A stretch of DNA of 35,895 bases from an uncultured Clostridia bacterium (lineage in GTDB: Bacteria > Bacillota > Clostridia > TANB77 > CAG-508), in the NCBI GenBank assembly GCA_944392435.1, contig CALXWQ010000001.1, positions 1 through 35,895 of the forward strand. Direction: 5' to 3'. Made by a program: the position numbers and the translations under genes. Position 1 is the stretch's first letter. Every line of letters starts with the position of its first letter. This document shows, piece by piece, positions 24,400-33,733 of the stretch. The notes under the pieces were generated by a model. It saw nothing but the letters and a program-made list of their open reading frames with translations, did not search any database and was not told the DNA's origin.

Positions 24400-25269
24400 C
24401 TAATGTCCAAGTTTTAAATTAGCTAGTTCTGCAAATTGTTCTATTGTAAGTTTTTCACCTCTTATTTGAGGATTTAAATTCATTTTGTCTAATATTTCTA
24501 ATATTTCTTCCTTGTTATCAAATAATTTTGAATTTATTAAACCATTTAATAAAGTTTTCCTTCTTTGCATAAAACTTGCTTTTATTATATCAAAGAATAA
24601 CTTTTCATTCTTTACTTTTACTTTTGGCTCTTTTCTTATTTTTAATTTTATTACTTCTGAGTCGACTTCTGGTGAAGGTATAAATGAGTCTTTACTTACA
24701 AATATTTCTGACGTTGCTTCTGAATAGTAGTCTACACTATATGTAATTGCTCCTGAAAGTTTATCCCCTGGAGTAGCAGTAATTCTATCTGCTACTTCTT
24801 TTTGTACCATAACAGTTATGCTTTCTATATCCAATTTATTTTCGAGTAATTTCATTATAATCGGTGTTGTAATATAGTAAGGAAGATTTGCAATTATTTT
24901 TGTGTTAACTAGATCTTGTTTGTTTTTACTTATTAATTCTTGTAAATTTACTTTTAACACATCTTCGTTTAGAAGTACAAAATTATCATAAAATTTGAAT
25001 CTGTCTTCCAATATGTTAATCATTTTTTCATCAAGTTCTATTGCTATTACTTTACCTGCATTTTCAAGTAATTTTGAGGTAAGTGTTCCAAGGCCTGGTC
25101 CTATTTCTATGACCAAGTCTTGCTTACTTGTATCGGCTATTTTAACTATGTTCTCTATTGTATTGTCATCAATCAAAAAGTTCTGCCCTAGCCTTTTATT
25201 TGCAGTTATATTATATTTTTTTAATATGTACTTTGTCTCCTCTAAACTACTTTGCATATTTACACTCAT
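24400..25269 (-). CDS. rsmA: 16S rRNA (adenine1518/1519-N6)-dimethyltransferase
   Basis: RLGQNFLID, VIEIGPGLGTLT (SAM motif) and IANLPYYITTPI. Confidence 0.93.
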   Translation of the reverse strand: MSVNMQSSLEETKYILKKYNITANKRLGQNFLIDDNTIENIVKIADTSKQDLVIEIGPGLGTLTSKLLENAGKVIAIELDEKMINILEDRFKFYDNFVLLNEDVLKVNLQELISKNKQDLVNTKIIANLPYYITTPIIMKLLENKLDIESITVMVQKEVADRITATPGDKLSGAITYSVDYYSEATSEIFVSKDSFIPSPEVDSEVIKLKIRKEPKVKVKNEKLFFDIIKASFMQRRKTLLNGLINSKLFDNKEEILEILDKMNLNPQIRGEKLTIEQFAELANLKLGH

Positions 25270-25271
25270 TC

Positions 25272-27557
25272 CTATTCTTCTATTTCTTCTTGCAATACAA
25301 CATCAATTACAGTTCCCTCTTCCACAGATGTACCTGCTGTTATGCTTTGGGTAATAACTTTTCCTGCTCCTGAATATTTTATATTCAAGTTTTTATTTCT
25401 TAACGCTGCTTTAGCTTCTGATAAACTCATACCCTTTAAGTTTGGAACAGATTGAGATACTTTTGTATCATTATCTGCTGAATAAAGTTTGACTATAGAG
25501 CCCTCAATTAATGAAGTTCCTGCCACCGGCATTTGCTCACTTACTAGGTCTTCAGAATCACCTGATACTTCACAAGTAAATCCTTGCTTTTCTAGGATTT
25601 TCTTTGCTTCTGCAATAGTCTTATTCTTAACATTTGGTAATGATATAGTCTCTGCAGTCGAATCACTATCTGTTGTATCTGATTGTATACCTAAATATGG
25701 TAATACTTCTGATAAAATTTGATGTACAACTGGTCCTGCAACACTGCTACCACTATGTTTTTCTCCATTAAGTCCATATAAAGTTACAAGAATTACTACT
25801 TCTGGGCTTTCTACTGGAGATATTGCAGCAAAAGAAGCTACAAATCCAGCATCCTCACTAGAATAATCTGGTTCTGATGTTCCAGTTTTACCAGCTATAC
25901 TATATCCCTTAACTTGTGCATAACTTCCAGTTCCACTGTCTACAACGGTTTCTAACATATCTAGCATAGTCTCAGACGTTTCCTTAGAAATAACTTGTCT
26001 TACCTTTACTGGTTCTATTGTTGTTATTGCCCCTGTTTCAGTATTTTTTATTTCTTTTGCAATTCGTGGTTGCATTAAAATTCCATCATTTGCTACAGCA
26101 GAAACTGCTGTAATCATTTGAAGTGGTGTAATTCTAAATCTTTGTCCAAAAGACATAGTAGCTAATTCTACATCTTTTACATCACTTAAATTCCAGAAAA
26201 TTCCACTTCTTTCTCCCGAACTTCCAGAGTCTCCAATATCTCCAAAATCTGTCGTATTGAAGAAGCCAAATGCATCATAATATTTATATAATGTTTCTGC
26301 ACCAATTTTTTGTCCCAATTGGATAAAGGCTGGATTACATGAATATTTAAGTGCATCTCTAAGGCTCAACTTACCATGTCCACTTCTATCTGAGCAAGCT
26401 ATTTTTACTCCAGATACTACTTCTACCCCCTCACATGTAAAAGTTCCTGGTTCATCTGGAGAAACTAAGTCTTCTTCTAATGCAGTAGCAGCTGTAACTA
26501 TTTTAAAAACAGATCCTGGCTCATATGTGTACGTTATAGCTTTATTATTCCAGGTTTCTTGTAATTTAGTATTTTGCTCCTCTGACGACATTTTCTTCCA
26601 TTCTTTTTCTGGTATATAGTCTAATGTATATGGATTATTTAGATTATAGTCTGGATATGTTGCCATTGCCAAAATATCTCCATTATTTGGATTCATTATA
26701 ATTACATTTCCACCTTCTTGACAATCATATTCTTCACATGCCTGTTTTAAATATTTTTCTGCAACTTGTTGAATATTTGCATCTATTGTAAGTGTTATAT
26801 CATTTCCATTTTGTGGTGCTATATATGTACCATTTTCATATGGTATAAGATCTTGAACGGCATCCTGAGCTGATGTAACTTTTCCAGGTGTACCTGTCAA
26901 AATATCGTTCCACTTAGATTCTAAGCCCCATAAGCCTTGATTATCTGTTCCACAAAATCCAATCAAATTAGAAGCTAGATTATTATATGGGTAATACCTT
27001 TTTGTATCTTCATCTATATTTATCCCACTATATACTTTATTTTCTTTCATCCAATTTTCTAGCTTTTCTATTTTGTCGTTTTCAACTTTTCTAGCAATTG
27101 TTACATTTGTACTATCACTAGACACTTTTTTCAAAGTCTCGTCATAATCTAATTCAAATATGTCTGAAAACGCTTTTGCTACTTTCTCTCTAAGTTGTTG
27201 AGTTAATAACTTTGCAGCTTCCTCATCTTCATTTTTTACTACTATTTGCGTTGGGTCAACACTTACAGTATCAACCTGTGCACTAATTGCCAAAGCCTTT
27301 CCTGTAGAATCATAAATTGTACCTCTCTTTGGGCTAATTACTTTGCTTGTTGTAAGTTGTCTATACATATCTTCTTTAAGTTCAGCCCCTTGTACAATTT
27401 GCAACCATCCTATTCTAAATACTAATAATACAAATACCACGAAAAAAACTATTAATATTCTTCCTAATCTTTCATTTAAAGTAAGTATTTTTTTTACTTT
27501 ACTTGAATTTTTATTCTTTTTAAATTTATATACATTTGTATTTTTATTATTATTCAA
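25272..27557 (-). CDS. Second class B penicillin-binding protein (SpoVD/PBP2B paralogue) with two PASTA domains
   Basis: SVFK (EPGSVFKIVTA), SCN (KYSCNP) and KTGTS. Two PASTA repeats (LPNVKNKTIAEAKKILEKQGF; VPNLKGMSLSEAKAALRNKNL). Long stretches parallel the 16345..18573 PBP, for example NIDEDTKRYYPYN(S/N)LAS. TTG start 27557 with GAAAGGAAG upstream. Confidence 0.92.
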   Translation of the reverse strand: MNNNKNTNVYKFKKNKNSSKVKKILTLNERLGRILIVFFVVFVLLVFRIGWLQIVQGAELKEDMYRQLTTSKVISPKRGTIYDSTGKALAISAQVDTVSVDPTQIVVKNEDEEAAKLLTQQLREKVAKAFSDIFELDYDETLKKVSSDSTNVTIARKVENDKIEKLENWMKENKVYSGINIDEDTKRYYPYNNLASNLIGFCGTDNQGLWGLESKWNDILTGTPGKVTSAQDAVQDLIPYENGTYIAPQNGNDITLTIDANIQQVAEKYLKQACEEYDCQEGGNVIIMNPNNGDILAMATYPDYNLNNPYTLDYIPEKEWKKMSSEEQNTKLQETWNNKAITYTYEPGSVFKIVTAATALEEDLVSPDEPGTFTCEGVEVVSGVKIACSDRSGHGKLSLRDALKYSCNPAFIQLGQKIGAETLYKYYDAFGFFNTTDFGDIGDSGSSGERSGIFWNLSDVKDVELATMSFGQRFRITPLQMITAVSAVANDGILMQPRIAKEIKNTETGAITTIEPVKVRQVISKETSETMLDMLETVVDSGTGSYAQVKGYSIAGKTGTSEPDYSSEDAGFVASFAAISPVESPEVVILVTLYGLNGEKHSGSSVAGPVVHQILSEVLPYLGIQSDTTDSDSTAETISLPNVKNKTIAEAKKILEKQGFTCEVSGDSEDLVSEQMPVAGTSLIEGSIVKLYSADNDTKVSQSVPNLKGMSLSEAKAALRNKNLNIKYSGAGKVITQSITAGTSVEEGTVIDVVLQEEIEE

Positions 27558-27671
27558 CCTTTGTATCTTCCTTTCGAAAATATTTTTTACTCATTTCAAG
27601 TAAAATATTCCCATTTTATTGTTAATATTCTAACTCACTTCACACAAAAAATCAAGCTTTATTCGAAAAAT

Positions 27672-27711
27672 AAGAACTGCTTTTGTTACTATAGTAACAA
27701 AAGCAGTTCTT
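27672..27711 (-). terminator. Rho-independent terminator of ftsH
   Basis: Perfect 19-bp arms AAGAACTGCTTTTGTTACT / AGTAACAAAAGCAGTTCTT. On the minus strand it is followed by ATTTTTCG. Confidence 0.8.
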
Positions 27712-27716
27712 GTTTT

Positions 27717-29525
27717 TTAACTATTAAAAATTGCATCAAATTCGTCTCCATCAATTTTCTCTTTTTCAAGTAGAACTCCCGCAACACTGTGAAGTTTATC
27801 TATATGCTCTCTCAAAATTGATTCTGCCTTTTGGTATGCACCATCTATAATGCTTTTTACTTCCTCATCTATAATTCCTGCTGTTTCTTCTGAGTATTCC
27901 TTAGATTGTGCAAAGTCTCTTCCTAAAAATACTTCTTCTTGATTTTGACCAAGTGTAATTGTTCCTACTCTATCACTCATTCCATATTTAGTAACCATCG
28001 CTCTGGCAATTTTTGTAGCTCTTTCTATATCGTTGCTTGCTCCTGTAGAAATATCATCTAATATTAATTTTTCTGCTACTCTACCACCTAAAAGTGATAC
28101 TATATTTTCAAGCATTTCTGTTTTTGACATAAATGACTTGTCTTCTGTTGGTCTATACATTGTGTAGCCACCAGCCATACCCCTTGGTACAATTGATATT
28201 TGATGTACTGGGTCTTGGGTTGGTAAAAATCTACTTACTACAGCATGACCTGCTTCATGATATGCAACTAATTTTTGCTCTTTATCACTTCTTACTCTTG
28301 TTCTCTTTTCTGGTCCCATTGTAACTTTTACCATTGCATCTTCTATTTCTTGCATTCCTATTTCTCTTAAATTTCTTCTTGCAGCTAAAAGTGCAGCTTC
28401 ATTTAATACATTTTCTAGGTCTGCTCCAGAAAAGCCTGATGTGTTTTTAGCAATTGTTTTTAAATCTACATCTATAGATAATTTTTTCTTTCTACTATGA
28501 ACTTCTAGTATTTGCTCTCTTGCTTTAACATCTGGACTAGATACTACAATTTGTCTATCAAATCTTCCTGGTCTTAACAATGCTTTATCCAATACGTCTG
28601 GTCTGTTTGTAGCTGCCAGTACTATTACGCCTTCATTAGCTGAGAAACCATCCATTTCTACAAGTAATTGGTTTAATGTTTGTTCTCTTTCATCATGTCC
28701 CCCACCAAGTCCTGCACCTCTTTGACGTCCTACTGCATCAATTTCATCTATAAATACTATACAAGGTGCTTTTCTTTTAGCTTCTTCAAACAAATCTCTT
28801 ACTCTTGATGCACCAACACCAACAAACATTTCAACAAAGTCAGAACCACTTATTATAAAAAATGGTACTCCTGCTTCTCCAGCGACTGCCTTTGCTAAAA
28901 GTGTTTTACCAGTACCAGGTTGACCAACAAGTAATACACCTTTTGGAATTCTTGCTCCCATATCTGTAAATTTCTTTGGATTTTTTAAGAACTCTACAAT
29001 TTCTTCTAATTCTTCTTTTTCTTCATCTACACCAGCAACATCATCAAATGTAACTTTATCTTTATCTGCTGGATTCATCATTCTTGCTCTACTTTTTCCA
29101 AATGACATAGTCTTGCTTCCACCAGCATTTCCTTGACTTCCACTCATAAATAGGAACCAGAAAATTAAGAAAATAATTAAAATTCCAAATGGTGTAAGTA
29201 GACTTAAAATAAACATCCATATAGATTCTGAAGCTTCTGTTACTGTAATAGTTCCAGCTGTCATCCTGTCTTGTAAATTATCCATTAAATTGTCTATACT
29301 AGGAATATTTACTTGTTTTACAAAGTTTTCATCTTTAAGCTTTACTTCTGCAGTTGTTCCATCTGAAGAAATTTCTATTCCTGCCACATTTCCAGCTTCA
29401 ATTTCACTTAGTAATTCTGAATATGCCAGTTTATTGCTATCACTATCTAAAATTGAGGTTAAAACAACTACAAATATTATACCTATAATTAGCCACATAG
29501 CTAACGTTTTTATTCCACTTTTCAA
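27717..29525 (-). CDS. ftsH: ATP-dependent zinc metalloprotease FtsH
   Basis: Two TM segments, Walker [14 protein letters not shown], Walker [32 protein letters not shown] and zinc site HEAGHA. TTG start 29525 with GGAGG 8 nt upstream. Confidence 0.96.
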   Translation of the reverse strand: MKSGIKTLAMWLIIGIIFVVVLTSILDSDSNKLAYSELLSEIEAGNVAGIEISSDGTTAEVKLKDENFVKQVNIPSIDNLMDNLQDRMTAGTITVTEASESIWMFILSLLTPFGILIIFLIFWFLFMSGSQGNAGGSKTMSFGKSRARMMNPADKDKVTFDDVAGVDEEKEELEEIVEFLKNPKKFTDMGARIPKGVLLVGQPGTGKTLLAKAVAGEAGVPFFIISGSDFVEMFVGVGASRVRDLFEEAKRKAPCIVFIDEIDAVGRQRGAGLGGGHDEREQTLNQLLVEMDGFSANEGVIVLAATNRPDVLDKALLRPGRFDRQIVVSSPDVKAREQILEVHSRKKKLSIDVDLKTIAKNTSGFSGADLENVLNEAALLAARRNLREIGMQEIEDAMVKVTMGPEKRTRVRSDKEQKLVAYHEAGHAVVSRFLPTQDPVHQISIVPRGMAGGYTMYRPTEDKSFMSKTEMLENIVSLLGGRVAEKLILDDISTGASNDIERATKIARAMVTKYGMSDRVGTITLGQNQEEVFLGRDFAQSKEYSEETAGIIDEEVKSIIDGAYQKAESILREHIDKLHSVAGVLLEKEKIDGDEFDAIFNS

Positions 29526-29620
29526 ATTTCAATTCCTCCTTTTTTCGTTTTAGAACATATCTAAAAGACATTTTGTAAATAATTACATTCCTTTTTCAAG
29601 GCACAATATGGTTGAATAAG

Positions 29621-29722
29621 AATTAAATTTTAACTAAAAGACGAATTTGAAATTTATAAGGCGTACCCCTTTGTACGTTGATTAAAATTCAAATAAAGTT
29701 TGGCATAGTTAAAATTATAATT
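29621..29722 (+). repeat. Family B palindromic repeat, copy B4 (AT-shifted)
   Basis: 102 bp, AATTAAATTTTAACT...AGTTAAAATTATAATT. Central AAGGCGTAC-CCCTTT-GTACGTTGA parallels B2 GAGGCGTAC-TTGGT-GTACGCTGA. Confidence 0.6.
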
Positions 29723-29889
29723 AATTTTCAATCCTTCACCTTTGAAATATACCATATAAATGTACTTATTTCAAGGCTTTTTTTAAAAGTTTTTTATTCC
29801 AATCAGTAATCTTCTACGGAAAGTCAAGTTTAGAGTTATAAATTTTTTTATATTAATTTTTACAATTCACATCAATCCAAAAGAAATAT

Positions 29890-29940
29890 ATATTTTTTAT
29901 TTTTATTTGAGTACTTATGTTTGGGCTGGAATTAAAAAGA
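29890..29940 (+). repeat. Family A repeat, copy A5 (short, diverged; boundaries approximate)
   Basis: TTTTTATTTTTATTTGAGTACTTATGTTTGGGCTGGAATTAAAAAG parallels A3/A4: TTTTTTATTTGAGTGCTTAA.GT.GGG and GGGCTGGAAATAAAAA. Confidence 0.5.
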
Positions 29941-30068
29941 ACAAAGCGACGAACGTCGCCCTTTGTTCGTGCTGATTTGAGTTTCCGAGCGAAGTGAGGA
30001 AATCTCAAAGGCAATAGCGATTTCAGCTCTAATTTAAGTTATAGGAAATGCAATTTCCTATAACTTAA
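29939..30068. repeat. Three consecutive hairpins in the tilS-ftsH spacer
   Basis: GAACAAAGCGACG-AA-CGTCGCCCTTTGTTC (29939-29968). TTTGAGTTTCC...GGAAATCTCAAA (about 29976-30009). A perfect 16-bp stem TTAAGTTATAGGAAAT / ATTTCCTATAACTTAA (30034-30049 / 30053-30068). Confidence 0.7.
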
Positions 30069-30100
30069 AAAACAATATTTCTTTTGGATTATAAGGCTAA

Positions 30101-31198
30101 CTATACATTTTGTGAACTAACATATATTTTTCCTTTTCTTACATATATTTTTATTCCAGCTTTTGGAGTTAAATATTTATTTCCAATATTGTTGTTACAC
30201 AATTTTACTATATCATCTATATGTATTTTTTCTATACCATTTGTGCTTCCATATACTTTTGATATAGTATAAAGAATTAATTTCGATTTAATTACGCCAT
30301 CTAATTTATTAAATTCTTTCAAATCTAAAATCACTGTATTTTGGTTATTATTTAAAATACTATCAGCCTTTTTTGTATTTTTTAAAAGATTCGACTTTTT
30401 CTCAATTTCTCTATTTACATGATTTTCGCTTATACTTTTGTCAATGCAATTATTTGCATTTATTAATAACCTCTTATACTCTTTTTCCACAATTGTGTTT
30501 ATAAATTGTTCTTCTTCTGTTGCAATTTGAGATAATCTGTTAATTCCTTCTATAATATTGGAATTAAACTCTTGTTTTATAAATGGAATTAACATGTTTC
30601 TTATTTTATTTCTTGTATAAATGTTTTCTGAATTTGATTTATCATACTTGGGATTTAGCCTTTTTTCTTTGCAATATTCTTCAATTTCATCTCGAGAACA
30701 TTCTATTATAGGTCTTATTAACCTTCCATCTCTGACCTTTTCAATTCCTTTTAACCCAGATACAGACGTTCCTCTAATAATATTCATAAGCACTGTCTCA
30801 GCATTATCATTGCTATTATGTGCTGTTGCAATTCTATTTGCTCCAACTTTTTTAGCAACCTCTTCAAAAAACTCATAGCGTATATTTCGTCCAGCTTCTT
30901 CTGTACCTATTTTTTGTTCTTTGGCTATTTCTTCAACTTTTACTTTCTTAAAAAAGAATTCCACATTAATTTTAGCACAAAATTCTTTAACATATTCCGT
31001 TTCTTCATCAGCTTCTTCTCTTATCATATGATTAATATGTGCCACATATAAATTTATATTCAATTTTTCCTTCAAATCATTTAATATATTTAAAAGTGTC
31101 ATTGAGTCTGGTCCACCAGACACACCAATTACAACTTTGTCTCCATCTTCTAACATGTTGTACCTTTGAATTGTTTTTAAAACCTTTTCCTCAAGCAT
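30101..31198 (-). CDS. tilS: tRNA(Ile)-lysidine synthase (short form)
   Basis: PP-loop VIGVSGGPDSM, then HINHMIREEADEE and RPII..SRDEIEEYC. ATG 31198 (MLEEKVLKTI) is preferred; AAGGGA lies 11 nt upstream. Confidence 0.9.
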   Translation of the reverse strand: MLEEKVLKTIQRYNMLEDGDKVVIGVSGGPDSMTLLNILNDLKEKLNINLYVAHINHMIREEADEETEYVKEFCAKINVEFFFKKVKVEEIAKEQKIGTEEAGRNIRYEFFEEVAKKVGANRIATAHNSNDNAETVLMNIIRGTSVSGLKGIEKVRDGRLIRPIIECSRDEIEEYCKEKRLNPKYDKSNSENIYTRNKIRNMLIPFIKQEFNSNIIEGINRLSQIATEEEQFINTIVEKEYKRLLINANNCIDKSISENHVNREIEKKSNLLKNTKKADSILNNNQNTVILDLKEFNKLDGVIKSKLILYTISKVYGSTNGIEKIHIDDIVKLCNNNIGNKYLTPKAGIKIYVRKGKIYVSSQNV

Positions 31199-31545
31199 AA
31201 TTACTCTCATCCCTTCTAAATTCATAAATCTAAAAACAAATTTAAGAATTGCTTAACGTTATTCTTCGTTTAGCAATTCTAAGTTTTCTAATCAATTTTA
31301 TTTTTCATTTATATATTTTTCTACAAAACTCCATAATTCCTCTGCTGTTTTTATTTGTGTTTCTGTTTCTTCGTATAGACAATTGTTTTGATATTTTAGC
31401 ATTCACTTAACACAACTCCCTCTTTTTGAACATTCATATAAAAAGGTAATGCCACTAACCAATAAATAAATTTATTTATATTTTCTGGTATTTTTTTCAT
31501 AACATCTACACTTTCTTCCATACTTTATTTTAATTAATAATATTT

Positions 31546-32877
31546 TTACTCTCTATATTTTTCTAAATTTACAAATTTTGTATAGTTACCTAGCCAACGT
31601 AATTCTACAGTTCCAGTTGAACCTGCTCTATGCTTAGCAAGAATTACTTCCGCAATATCCTTTTTTTCACTATCCTCATTATAATAATCGTCCCTATAAA
31701 GGAATATAACTATATCTGCATCTTGCTCAATAGAACCAGATTCACGAAGATCCGAAAGCATTGGTCTGTGGTCAGGTCTTTGTTCTGGAGCTCTTGATAG
31801 CTGTGATAAAGCTATTACTGGTACTTTAATCTCTTTTGCCAAAATCTTAAGTGAACGGCTTATCTCAGCAATTTCTTGCTCACGGCTAGAGCCTCTTTTT
31901 GCACTTCCCTGTACTAATTGCAAATAGTCAATAACTACTAGACCAATATTTTTTTCCATTTTCATTTTTCTACATTTTGCTCTAATTTCCATAATTGAAA
32001 TTCCAGGTGTATCATCTATGTATATTTGTGATTCAGATAATATACCTGATGCTTCTGCAAGTTTTACCCAGTCTTCATCTTCTAGTGTACCAGTTCTAAC
32101 CTTGTTGCTATCAACCATCGCCTCTGAACACAAAATTCTATTTACCATTTGTTCTTTTGACATCTCCAAGCTAAATATAACCACTGGTGTATTTGCTCTT
32201 ACAGCAGCATTTGAAGCTATGTTTAACGCAAAAGCTGATTTACCCATAGCAGGTCTTGCTGCAACTAAAATCAAATCCGATTTATGAAGTCCTGCTGTTT
32301 TGTAGTCTAAGTCTGCAAATCCTGTTGGAATACCTGTAATATGTTGTTTTCTATTATATAACTGCTCTAGTTCTGTAAATGTATCTACAAGTATGTCCTT
32401 TATTGAGCTGTAACCAGTTTGGTTCTTTTTTTGCATTACCTCAAATATCTTTCTTTCTGAATTATCAATAATATCTTCTACTTCCTGAGTAGGATCATAC
32501 CCTAAAGTTATAATATCATTTGCTGTCTTAATAAGATTTCTTAAAATTGATTTTTCCTCAACAATTTTTATATACTGCTCAACATTGGATGTAGTTGGAA
32601 CTTTATCAGGAAGTTCTGCTATATACTCTAAGCCCCCTACAGCATCTAATTTTCCCATAGAGGAAAGCTCTGACCTTAATGTAATAATATCAATTGGCTC
32701 ATTTCTATTGTATAAATTTAAAATAGCCATAAAAATAATCCTATTGTCTTCTCTATAAAAGTCTTCTTCTTTTAAAACTTCAATAGCTGCAAAAACAGCA
32801 TCTTTATCAGTTAGCATACTTCCAATAACTGCTTGCTCAGCTTCTGTATCATTTGGTGGTACTTTTCCTATCTCCAT
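31546..32877 (-). CDS. dnaB: Replicative DNA helicase
   Basis: PPNDTEAEQAVIGSML N-terminus, Walker A ARPAMGKSAFALN, Walker B VVIDYLQL, and ALSQLSR / SDLRESGSIEQDAD. Confidence 0.96.
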   Translation of the reverse strand: MEIGKVPPNDTEAEQAVIGSMLTDKDAVFAAIEVLKEEDFYREDNRIIFMAILNLYNRNEPIDIITLRSELSSMGKLDAVGGLEYIAELPDKVPTTSNVEQYIKIVEEKSILRNLIKTANDIITLGYDPTQEVEDIIDNSERKIFEVMQKKNQTGYSSIKDILVDTFTELEQLYNRKQHITGIPTGFADLDYKTAGLHKSDLILVAARPAMGKSAFALNIASNAAVRANTPVVIFSLEMSKEQMVNRILCSEAMVDSNKVRTGTLEDEDWVKLAEASGILSESQIYIDDTPGISIMEIRAKCRKMKMEKNIGLVVIDYLQLVQGSAKRGSSREQEIAEISRSLKILAKEIKVPVIALSQLSRAPEQRPDHRPMLSDLRESGSIEQDADIVIFLYRDDYYNEDSEKKDIAEVILAKHRAGSTGTVELRWLGNYTKFVNLEKYRE

Positions 32878-33072
32878 TTATATTCACATTCCTTCCTATT
32901 TTGATTATACTCAGTGTTAAATTATATATTTTATTAGATTCTTAAAGCAAATCAAGCAAAATTATAAACTGTTAAGCAAAACTTTAATTTTCTGTCTTAT
33001 AGTTTTTATGAACAAAAATAAAAATATATAATCTAATACTGTCAGTATAAAATAGTATTCTTGATAATCATA

Positions 33073-33516
33073 TTACCCTATTACTTCAACCTTTAAATTT
33101 GCTATTACACCTTCAAATAATTTAATAGGAACATTAAATTCTCCCAATGTTTTAATTGTCTCCTTAAGTTCAACTTTTTTCTTATCAATATCAAATTTAT
33201 ATTGACTTTTTAGATTCTCAGAAATTTCCTTTGCTGTTACCCCACCAAATATTTTTCCATTTTCTCCTGCTTTCACTTTAATTTTTAGCATAATACCTTT
33301 TAGTTTTTTTGCCATTTCTTCTGCAGATTGTCTTTCTACATCTTTTTTATAGCTTGCAGATTCTTTTTTATTATTTAATTTGCTCATATTTTCTGCATTT
33401 GCTTCTACAGCAAGTTTTTTAGGGAAAAGATAATTTCTTGCATACCCATCTGCTGCATTTATAACCTCATCTTTTTTTCCTACCCCTTTTATATTATCTA
33501 ACAAAATCACTTTCAT
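33073..33516 (-). CDS. rplI: 50S ribosomal protein L9
   Basis: MKVILLDNIKGVGKKDEVINAADGYARNYLFPKKLA is the canonical L9 N-domain. GGAGG SD. Confidence 0.96.
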   Translation of the reverse strand: MKVILLDNIKGVGKKDEVINAADGYARNYLFPKKLAVEANAENMSKLNNKKESASYKKDVERQSAEEMAKKLKGIMLKIKVKAGENGKIFGGVTAKEISENLKSQYKFDIDKKKVELKETIKTLGEFNVPIKLFEGVIANLKVEVIG

Positions 33517-33699
33517 AGCTGTTTCCTCCTTCTTTTATTTGGTTAATTTTAATTTTACTGTGTTTTTTATAACTAATTTATATTTTTTCTTTTTTAATCG
33601 TGTATATATTTTATACTAAATTTACCAATTTTTCAAGTTGTTTTAGACCAATGTGCTAGTTTTTTTGTAGCTACACAAGATGTATTCCAAAGTGTAAAA

Positions 33700-33733
33700 A
33701 ATTGACAAAAGGTAGTAGTCCCCTTTGTCAATT
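33700..33733 (-). terminator. Terminator of gdpP overlapping its stop codon
   Basis: AATTGACAAAAGG / CCTTTGTCAATT (one bulge). On the minus strand it is followed by TTTTTAC. Confidence 0.65.

Noticed and set aside
29526-30100. A decayed hpt (hypoxanthine phosphoribosyltransferase) pseudogene in the tilS-ftsH spacer.
   Set aside because: Reading the minus strand by eye, I could not find PRPP-binding-loop-like remnants (for example ..EDI.D.G.T). The region is dominated by palindromes. A tblastn search is needed before claiming anything.
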